DNA of 64,000 nucleotides from Eledone cirrhosa. Lineage: Eukaryota. The stretch covers positions 245,024,001-245,088,000 of the forward strand of contig OZ024741.1 of NCBI GenBank assembly GCA_964016885.1. Direction: 5' to 3'. The first letter of the stretch is position 1. The number at the start of each line of letters is the position of its first letter. Made by a program: the position numbers and the translations under genes. The notes under the pieces were generated by a model. That model did no database searches. It worked only from the letters and a program-made list of their open reading frames with translations, and was not told where the DNA came from. Of the stretch, positions 30,001 through 39,871 are shown in pieces.

Positions 30001-33000
30001 GCACATGTACCAGTAATTACAGAACGATCCGACCGCGGGCGGCCGGCCCGCGATTAAAAAGGTAAATCCGCCGGCTAATCGTCATTTTTGGATTCGTTTT
30101 CTTCGAAGCACACCATTCGCCGGCGGACTTTGTTGACGTTTAACACGGTTTGGTTCCACAGCCACAACTATTGATTTTACGGAGATATCTTGCTGAAATT
30201 CACGCCACACATAGCCAATGAGTGTCTGCACATGTACCAGTAATTACAGATCGATCCGACCACGGGCGGCCGGTCCGCGATTGAAAAGGTAAATCCGCCG
30301 GCTAATCGTCATTTTTGGATTCGTTTTCTTCGAAGCACACCATTCGCCGGCGGACTTTGTTGACGTTTAACACGGTTTGGTTCCACAGCCACAACTATTG
30401 ATTTTACGGAGATATTTTGCTGAAATTCACGCCACACATAGCCAATGAGTGTCTGCACATGTACCAGTAATTACAGATCGATCCGACCACGGGCGGCCGG
30501 CCCGCGATTGAAAAGGTAAATCCGCCGGCTAATCGTCATTTTTGGATTCGTTTTCTTCGAAGCACACCATTCGCCGGCGGACTTTGTTGACGTTTAACAC
30601 GGTTTGGTTCCACAGCCACAACTATTGATTTTACGGAGATATCTTGCTGAAATTCACGCCACACATAGCCAATGAGTGTCTGCACATGTACCAGTAACTA
30701 CAGATCGATCCGACCACGGGCGGCCGGCCCGCGATTGAAAAGGTAAATCCGCCGGCTAATCGTCATTTTTGGATTCGTTTTCTTCGAAGCACACCATTCG
30801 CCGGCGGACTTTGTTGACGTTTAACACGGTTTGGTTCCACAGCCACAACTATTGATTTTAAGGAGATATCTTGCTGAAATTCACGACACACATAGCCAAT
30901 GTGAGTCTGCACATGTACCAGTAATTACAGATCGATCCGACCACGGGCGGCCGGCCCGCGATTGAAAAGGTAAATCCGCCGGCTAATCGTCATTTTTGGA
31001 TTCGTTTTCTTCGAAGCACACCATTCGCCGGCGGACTTTGTTGACGTTTAACACAGTTTGGTTCCACAGCCACAACTATTGATTTTACGGAGATATCTTG
31101 CTGAAATTCAAGCCACACATAGCCAATGAGTATCTGCACATGTACCAGTAATTACAGATCGATCCGACCGCGGGCGGCCGGCCCGCGATTAATAAGGTAA
31201 ATCCGCCGGCTAATTGTCATTTTTGGATTCGTTTTCTTCGAAGCACACCATTCGCCGGCGGACTTTGTTGACGTTTAACACCGTTTGGTTCCACAGCCAC
31301 AACTATTGATTTTACGGAGATATCTTGCTGAAATTCACGCCACACATAGCCAATGAGTGTCTGCACATGTACCAGTAATTACAGATCGATCCGACCGCGG
31401 GCGGCCGGCCCGCGATTAAAAAGGTAAATCCGCCGGCTAATCGTCATTTTTGGATTCGTTTTCTTCGAAGCACACCATTCGCCGGCGGACTTTGTTGACG
31501 TTTAACACGGTTTGGTTCCACAGCCACAACTATTGATTTTACGGAGATATCTTGCTGAAATTCACGCCACACATAGCCAATGAGTGTCTGCACATGTACC
31601 AGTAATTACAGATCGATCCGACCACGGGCGGCCGGCCCGCGATTGAAAAGGTAAATCCGCCGGCTAATCGTCATTTTTGGATTCGTTTTCTTCGAAGCAC
31701 ACCATTCGCCGGCGGACTTTGTTGACGTTTAACACGGTTTGGTTCCACAGCCACAACTATTGATTTTACGGAGATATCTTGCTGAAATTCACGCCACACA
31801 TAGCCAATGAGTATCTGCACATGTACCAGTAATTACAGATCGATCCGACCGCGGGCGGCCGGCCCGCGATTAAAAAGGTAAATCCGCCGGCTAATTGTCA
31901 TTTTTGGATTCGTTTTCTTCGAAGCACACCATTCGCCGGCGGACTTTGTTGACGTTTAACACCGTTTGGTTCCACAGCCACAACTATTGATTTTACGGAG
32001 ATATCTTGCTGAAATTCACGCCACACATAGCCAATGAGTGTCTGCACATGTACCAGTAATTACAGAACGATCCGACCGCGGGCGGCCGGCCCGCGATTGA
32101 AAAAGGTAAATCCGCCGGCTAATCGTCATTTTTGGATTCGTTTTCTTCGAAGCACACCATTCGCCGGCGGACTTTGTTGACGTTTAACACGGTTTGGTTC
32201 CACAGCCACAACTATTGATTTTACGGAGATATCTTGCTGAAATTCACGCCACACATAGCCAATGAGTGTCTGCACATGTACCAGTAATTACAGATCGATC
32301 CGACCACGGGCGGCCGGCCCGCGATTGAAAAGGTAAATCCGCCGGCTAATCGTCATTTTTGGATTCGTTTTCTTCGAAGCACACCATTCGCCGGCGGACT
32401 TTGTTGACGTTTAACACGGTTTGGTTCCACAGCCACAACTATTGATTTTACGGAGATATCTTGCTGAAATTCACGCCACACATAGCCAATGAGTATCTGC
32501 ACATGTACCAGTAATTACAGATCGATCCGACCGCGGGCGGCCGGCCCGCGATTAAAAAGGTAAATCCGCCGGCTAATTGTCATTTTTGGATTCGTTTTCT
32601 TCGAAGCACACCATTCGCCGGCGGACTTTGTTGACGTTTAACACCGTTTGGTTCCACAGCCACAACTATTGATTTTACGGAGATATCTTGCTGAAATTCA
32701 CGCCACACATAGCCAATGAGTGTCTGCACATGTACCAGTAATTACAGAACGATCCGACCGCGGGCGGCCGGCCCGCGATTAAAAAGGTAAATCCGCCGGC
32801 TAATCGTCATTTTTGGATTCGTTTTCTTCGAAGCACACCATTCGCCGGCGGACTTTGTTGACGTTTAACACGGTTTGGTTCCACAGCCACAACTATTGAT
32901 TTTACGGAGATATCTTGCTGAAATTCACGCCACACATAGCCAATGAGTGTCTGCACATGTACCAGTAATTACAGATCGATCCGACCACGGGCGGCCGGCC

Positions 33001-33037
33001 CGCGATTGAAAAGGTAAATCCGCCGGCTAATCGTCAT
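1..33037. repeat. 227-bp tandem satellite DNA array (145 full monomers + 125 bp; probably continues upstream of the window); possibly centromeric/pericentromeric
   Basis: TCTTGCTGAAATTCACG recurs at 1, 228, 455 and onward; 13621 = 1+60x227 exactly. Two 2-bp deletions (~18638, ~20452) and a 1-bp insertion (~32101) account for the last monomer starting at 32913. Monomers differ at only a few recurrent sites. Monomer 1 has 108/227 G+C. The centromeric role is inference from length and homogeneity only. Confidence 0.99.
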
Positions 33038-33080
33038 ATATATGTGTATATATATATTTACACATATATATGTGTATTAA

Positions 33081-33113
<33 letters not shown>

Positions 33114-33114
33114 T

Positions 33115-33149
<35 letters not shown>

Positions 33150-33295
33150 TATATATATATATATATATATATTAAATATATATATATATATATATATTAA
33201 ATATATATATATATATATATATTAAATATATATATATATATATATTAAATATATATATATATATATATTAAATATATATATATATATATATATAT

Positions 33296-33350
<55 letters not shown>
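33035..33350. repeat. Compound (TA)n microsatellite punctuated by TTAAA, preceded by TACACATATATATGTGTA palindromes (unit 1, 5'-truncated; full versions at ~38708-39116, ~44879-45281, ~51418-51856, ~57610-58020, ~63744-64000)
   Basis: Read directly: [(TA)n TTAAA] blocks whose number and length vary between units. Confidence 0.97.
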
Positions 33351-33352
<2 letters not shown>

Positions 33353-33551
33353 CACTTTCATGTTACACACTATATATAAACTGGGATTTATATTTTGCGT
33401 TAGTGCCATATTAAGCTGACAACGATATATTCGTATCTTAAAAAATATTTTTTTTAGATCACATTGTTCTAGATATTATTAAAATTATTAAATCTATTTT
33501 CAATTTGCACGAACACTTGCATATACTACATACATACATTTATATAGACAC

Positions 33552-33949
33552 TAACACAAATATTAGCATATACATAATTTCTTAGTCATTGAGGATGTGT
33601 TTTTATACATACATATGCATATTGCATACATACATACATACACACATACAAGCATATACATAGACATACACACACACATATATACACACACTGTATATAT
33701 ATATATATACATACACACACACACACATATATATATACACACACACACTATATATATATATATAGTGTGTGGTGTATATATATATATGTGTGTGTGTGTA
33801 TGTATATATATACAGTGTGTGTATATATATGTGTGTGTATGTGTATGTATATGCTTGTATGTGTGTATGTATGGATGCAATATGCATATGTATGTATAAA
33901 AAACACATCCTCAATTACTAAGAAAATATGTATATGCTAATATTTGTGT

Positions 33950-33951
<2 letters not shown>
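33552..33951. repeat. ~400-bp near-perfect palindrome (long inverted repeat, no unique spacer), unit 1
   Basis: The left arm TAACACAAATATTAGCATATACATAATTTCTTAGTCATTGAGGATGTGTTTTTATAC... is the reverse complement of the right arm ...GTATAAAAAACACATCCTCAATTACTAAGAAAATATGTATATGCTAATATTTGTGTTA. The centre is CAC(TA)nGTG at ~33756. Confidence 0.96.
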
Positions 33952-33981
<30 letters not shown>

Positions 33982-34044
33982 CGCACACACTATATATATA
34001 TATATATATACATACACACTATATATATATATATACACACACAC

Positions 34045-34090
<46 letters not shown>

Positions 34091-34091
<1 letters not shown>

Positions 34092-34364
34092 AATCCCATT
34101 AAAAACCACATTAAAAATTCAATTAAAAATCTATTTTGAAAAACCCATTAAAAACCCCATTATAAGCTCATAAAACACTCCATTAAAACCCCAACCAAAC
34201 CCCCCATTAAAACACAATTAAAACATCATTAAGAATGCCAATAAAAGCGCCATTAAAAACCACATTGGAAACCCATAAAAACCCAATTAAAACAAAATTA
34301 AAGTTTCCATTAAAAGTCCCCATTAAAACTCCATTAAAACTCAATTAAAAACTCCATTAAAAAC
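34091..34364 (-). repeat. Degenerate 9-11-bp minisatellite, CCATTAAAA orientation, first block (shortened by a 380-bp deletion in unit 1; ~650 bp in other units, e.g. 39871-40524)
   Basis: Repeating CCATTAAAA(A)/CAATTAAAA(A) motifs, the reverse complement of the TTTTAATGG array. Confidence 0.92.
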
Positions 34365-34474
34365 ACACACACATGAAGTTACATGCTGGCTTGCACACTT
34401 ATAGCGATTGCTATTTCCTTTTAATTTCATTAAAACTAGGATGTTTTAGAAAGATAAAAACAAAACTGAATAAT

Positions 34475-34604
34475 GAAGAGACTAGGGAGGGGTAAAGAAA
34501 GGCAGATCAGGCTGTAGAGGACAGTAGGGGGAGAAGAGGGAAGAGACTTGGGAGGGGTAAAGAAAGGCAGATCTGGCTGTAGAGGACAGTAGGGGGAGAA
34601 GAGG
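34475..34604 (+). repeat. Purine-rich 65-bp tandem duplication (also 40635-40764, 46772-46901, 53348-53477, 59520-59649)
   Basis: GAAGAGACT[A/T]GGGAGGGGTAAAGAAAGGCAGATC[A/T]GGCTGTAGAGGACAGTAGGGGGAGAAGAGG occurs twice with 2 mismatches. Confidence 0.97.
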
Positions 34605-34610
34605 GAGAAA

Positions 34611-34658
34611 TAAACTAAATTATAAACTAAGTTATAAACTAAATTATAAACTAAATTA
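34611..34658 (+). repeat. 12-bp tandem repeat (TAAACTAAATTA)x4, present in every unit
   Basis: TAAACTAAATTA TAAACTAAGTTA TAAACTAAATTA TAAACTAAATTA. Confidence 0.93.
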
Positions 34659-34665
34659 AAAACTC

Positions 34666-34975
34666 AATAAAATAAAATAAAATAAAATAAAATAAAATAA
34701 AATAAAATAAAATAAAATAAAATAAAATAAAATAAAATAAAATAAAATAAAATAAAAAATAAAATAAAATAAAATAAAATAAAATAAAATAAAATAAAAT
34801 AAAATAAAATAAAATAAAAAAAATAAAATAAAATAAAATAAAAAAAACTAAAAAATATAAATAAAATAAAATAAATAAAATAAAATAAAATAAAATAAAA
34901 TAAATAAAAATTAAATAAAATAAAAAAAAATAAAAAAAAATTAAATATAAAAATAAATTAAATAAAATAAAATAA
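34666..34975 (+). repeat. (AAAAT)n pentanucleotide microsatellite, pure 5' half and degenerate 3' half (also ~40826-41146, ~46963-47328, ~53539-53876, ~59711-60035)
   Basis: Read directly; length varies between units. Confidence 0.97.
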
Positions 34976-35438
34976 GAACTCAATTAAAAACTCAGTAAAA
35001 ACTCAATTAAAAACTCAATTAAAAACTCAATCGAAGCACCATTAAAACACCATTAAAAACTCCACTATAAACCCACTAAACCCATTAAAAACCAATTAAA
35101 AATTCAATTACACATCCCATTAGAAATTTCATTAAAAACTCAATTAAAAGTTCCATTGAAAACACATTCAAAACCCATTAACCCCATATTAAAAGTTCAT
35201 AAAACTCTATTAAAAACCCAATAACAAACCAATTAAAACGCCATTAAAACGCCACAAAACACAATAAAATGTCATAAAAACGCCATTAAAACATCACAAA
35301 AAGCCCAATTAAAAAACCATTAATAATGTCATTAAAAATTCCATAAAAATCCATTAAAAACTCCACTAAAAGCCCATTAAAAAGTTCATTAAAAGCCATA
35401 TTATAAATTTCATAAAAAACAATTGAAAACCCCATTAT
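34976..35438 (-). repeat. Degenerate 9-11-bp minisatellite, CCATTAAAA orientation, second block (present in every unit)
   Basis: CCATTAAAA/CAATTAAAAA motifs continue up to the strand flip at ~35440. Confidence 0.92.
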
Positions 35439-35440
35439 TT

Positions 35441-38400
35441 ATGAGCCTTTTTTATGAGTTTTTAATAGTGTTTTAATTCAGTTTTTAATTGCGTTTAAAA
35501 TTGGGTTTTAATGGCTTTTTAATGGTGTTTTAATGGAATTTTAATGTGATTTTCGATGGTGTTTAATGGGTTTTTTATGGAGTTTTTAATTGGGTTTTCA
35601 ATGGTGTTGTTTATGAGTTTTTAAATGGGTTTTTAATGGAATTTTTGATTGCGTTTTTAATGAAATTTTTAATAGATTCAAGGATGTTTTAATGGAGTTT
35701 TTAATGGTCTTTTTAATGGCGTTTTAATTGTGTTTTTATGGTGTTTAAATGCGTTTTAATGATTTTTAATTGGGTTTTTAATGGAGTATTTTTAATGAGC
35801 TCTTAATGGATTTTTCAATTGGATACTTAATGGGTTTTAATGGAATTTATAATAAGGGTTCTAATTGACTTTAAATATGATTTTTAATGGAGTTTTTAAT
35901 GAAATTTCTAATGGTGTTTTTAATTGCGTTTCCCCCCGTGAGGGTTTTAATGGCATTTTAAATGACATTTTAATGAGTTTTTATGATGTTTTAATGGCGT
36001 TGTAATTGTTTTTTATTGGGTTTTTAATATAATTTTGTATGAGCTTTTAATGGGGGTTTTCAATGTTGTTTTTAATGGAGTGTTTAATGGAATTTTAATG
36101 GGGGTTTGATAAAAAAAATTAATTGCTTTTTAATTTAATTTTTAATGCGTTTTTGATGGTGTTTAAGTGCGTTCATGATGATCTTTTTAATGGATTTTTA
36201 ATGGGGTTTTAATTGACTTTTTAATGGTGTTTTCAATGTAATTTTTAATGATAGTTTAATGGTGTTTTAATGACGTTTTAATTGTGTTTTTTATGGTGTT
36301 TTAGTGACGTTTAAATAGGATTTTTAATTGGTTTTTTAATTGAGTATTTATATGAGTTTTCACTGGTGTTTTTAATGGGTTTTTCAATATTGCATTTAAT
36401 GAAATTTTTAATATGGTTTGAAATGGAATTTTTAATGTGTTTTTAATTGGGTTTCTAGTGACGTTTTTAATGGTACTTTAAATGACGTTTTAATGACTTT
36501 TATGGCGTTTTAATGGGTTTTTTAATTGGGTTTTTAATGTAGTTTTTTAAAAGATCTTTACTTGGGATTTTATGGGTTTTCAATGCGGTTTTTAATGGTA
36601 TATTAATGGAGTTTTTGGTGTGGTTGTTAATGGTATTAGTGACATTTTAATGTGTTTTTAATGGTGTTTTAAGCGAGTTTCTGATTTAGTTTAAATTTAA
36701 ATATTTGATGGTCCTTCTAATGGGCTTTAATGGATGTGTAATGTGTTTAATGCAATTTTAATGGGGTTTAATGGGGGTAGAAGGTTTCAATGTGTTTTAA
36801 TGGAGTTTTAATGGCTAGTGCTCTTTTTTTAAGAGTTTTTAATGGTGTTTTTAATGGTTTTTCATTGAGCTTTTAATTGCGTTTTTAATTGCGTTTTTAA
36901 TCTAGTTTAAAAATTGAGTTTTAATGGGTTTTTCAATTAGGTTTTTAATGGATTTATAATGGTGTTTTTTACGGACCCTTTAATTTTTTATAATGGGTTT
37001 TCAATGCCGTTTTAATGGTGTTTTTTAATGGTATCCTTAATGACGCTTCGATAAGTTTCAATGTTATTTTAATGGGGTTTTGATTGATTTTTTAATGGAG
37101 TTTTTTTAATGAACTTTTATTGGGGTTTTCAATCAGGTTTTTAACTGAATTTTTAATGTTTTTCAATTAGATTTTTTATGGAGTTTTTATGGGCTTTTTA
37201 ATGAGTTTTTAATGGTGTGCTAATTGAGTTTTCAATTACCTTTTTAATTGAGTATAAAATCGAGTTTTTACTAAGTTTTTAATGAATTTTTAATGGAATT
37301 TTAATGGGGTTTCCAATGGACTTTTAATTGTGTTTTAATGGGGTTTTAAAATTGGTTTTTAGTTGCATTTTCAGGGGCTTTTAATGGGGCTTAATGGGGG
37401 TTTAATGGGGGATTTAATTGAGTTTTTAATGGAGTTTAATAGAGTTTATAATGTAGGTTTTAATGGAGTTTTTAATGAAGTTTTAATGTAGTTTTTAATG
37501 AGGTTTTTAATGACGATTTTAATGGCGTTCTTAATGGCGTTTTAATGGTATTTTATGGCATTTTAATGACGGTTGTAATGGTTTTTAATGGAGTGTTAAT
37601 TGGTTATTAATTGTATTTTAATGGGTTTTATGAGCTTTTTAATGGACTTTTTAGTGGTGTTTTTAATGGAGTTTTTAATGGGTCTTTTAATGGAATTTGC
37701 AATGTAGTTTTTAATGGTGTTTTCAATTGTATTTTTAATGACGTTTTAATGGTGTTTTTTATGGCGTTTTAATAGGATTTTTAATTGGTTTTTTAAAGGA
37801 CTATTATTATGGGTTTTTTATGTAATTTTATAATGGGATTTTCAGTAGGGTTTTTAATTGGATTTTTAATGGAGTTTATAATATGTTTTTTAATTGGATT
37901 TTTAAAGAATTTATAATTGCGGTTTTAATATAGTGTTTAATGGAGTATTTAATTGGTTTTTAATGGTAATTTTAATGGAGTGTTTAATGTGTTTTTAATG
38001 GGGGAGGAGGGGGTAAAATGCAGTTTTTAATTGAGTTATCAATGGAGTTTTTAATGACATTTTTAATGACGTTTTAATAGCGTTTTATGACGTTTTAATG
38101 ACGTTTTAATGGTTTTTTTTATTGGGTTTTGGGAGTTTTTATGAGCTTCTAATTAGGTTTTAAATGGGGTTTTCAATGAGGTTTTTAGTGGAATTTTTAA
38201 TGGGCCTTTAATGTATTTTTAATGGGATTTTAATGTTTTTTATGGCGTTTTTAATGGTATTTTAAATGCTGTTTTAATGTTTCTTTTATGGCCTTTTAAT
38301 TGGGTTTTTGATTGAGTTTTTAATGGATTTTTTTAACGAGAATTATGAAGTTTAATGGGTTTCCAGTGTGTTTTAAATGAAGTTTTTGATAATATTTTTA

Positions 38401-38707
38401 ATGGAATTTTAATGGCGGTTATGGGATTTTAATGGGTTCTGGTGGTATTTTTGTGGGTTTTAATGGGGTGTTAAATGGTTTTAATGTTGTTTTACTTGCG
38501 CTTTCGATTACGTTTACAATTAAGTTTTTACTGTTTTTAATTGGATTTTTAATGGATTTTAATGTGGTTTTTAATGGAATTTAAAAGGTGTTTTAATATA
38601 GTTTTTAATGGGTTTCGGATGTAGCTTTTAATGGTGGTTTAGTGTGCTTTTTATTGGGTTTTTAATGAGTTTTTATGAGCTTTTCAATGGAGTTTTTAAT
38701 GGTGTTT
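35441..38707 (+). repeat. Degenerate 9-11-bp minisatellite, TTTTAATGG orientation, ~3.3 kb (also ~41612-44878, ~47794-51417, ~54343-57609, ~60501-63743)
   Basis: Continuous T4-6AAT[G/T]GNN motifs with strong T/G strand skew. The motifs are highly diverged within a unit but nearly identical between units. Confidence 0.95.
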
Positions 38708-38841
38708 ATATATATATATACATACATACATATATATGTATATATATATATTTACACATATATATGTGTATATATATATGTGTATATATATATTTACACA
38801 TATATATGTGTATATATATATTTACACATATATATGTGTAT

Positions 38842-38881
<40 letters not shown>

Positions 38882-38882
38882 T

Positions 38883-38956
<74 letters not shown>

Positions 38957-39044
38957 TATATATATATATATATATTAAATATATATATATATATATATTA
39001 AATATATATATATATATATATATATTAAATATATATATATATAT

Positions 39045-39091
<47 letters not shown>

Positions 39092-39317
39092 TATATATAT
39101 ATATATATATATATATTCCACTTTCATGTTACACACTATATATAAACTGGGATTTATATTTTGCGTTAGTACCATATTAAGCTGACAACGATATATTCGT
39201 ATCTTAAAAAATATTTTTTTTAGATCACATTGTTCTAGATATTATTAAAATTATTAAATCTATTTTCAATTTGCACGAACAGTTGCATATACTACATACA
39301 TACATTTATATAGACAC

Positions 39318-39711
39318 TAACACAAATATTAGCATATACATAATTTCTTAGTCATTGAGGATGTGTTTTTATACATACATATGCATATTGCATACATACA
39401 TACATACACACATACAAGCATATACATAGACATACACACACACATATATACACACACTGTATATATATATATACATACACACACACACACATATATATAT
39501 ACACACACACACTATATATATATATAATGTGTGGTGTATATATATATATGTGTGTGTGTGTATGTATATATATACAGTGTGTGTATATATATGTGTGTGT
39601 ATGTGTATGTATATGCTTGTATGTGTGTATGTATGGATGCAATATGCATATGTATGTATAAAAAACACATCCTCAATTACTAAGAAAATATGTATATGCT
39701 AATATTTGTGT

Positions 39712-39713
<2 letters not shown>
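39318..39713. repeat. ~400-bp palindrome, unit 2
   Basis: Same arms TAACACAAATATTAGC...GCTAATATTTGTGTTA. Confidence 0.95.
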
Positions 39714-39743
<30 letters not shown>

Positions 39744-39802
39744 CGCACACACTATATATATATATATACATACACACTATATATATATATATACACACAC
39801 AC

Positions 39803-39871
<69 letters not shown>

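Noticed and set aside
1-33037. CRISPR array
   Set aside because: There are no unique spacers; the whole 227 bp repeats, and no cas genes are present.
34400-34439. Helitron 3' end (hairpin followed by CTAG)
   Set aside because: The hairpin is short and AT-rich, lies ~21 bp from the CTAG, is not followed by T, and no 5' TC end can be defined.
34091-38707. Telomeric repeats or telomere fusion (CCATTAAAA/TTTTAATGG)
   Set aside because: The motif matches no telomere repeat I recognise and is highly degenerate. The direct flip runs C-strand to G-strand, opposite to an end-to-end fusion.
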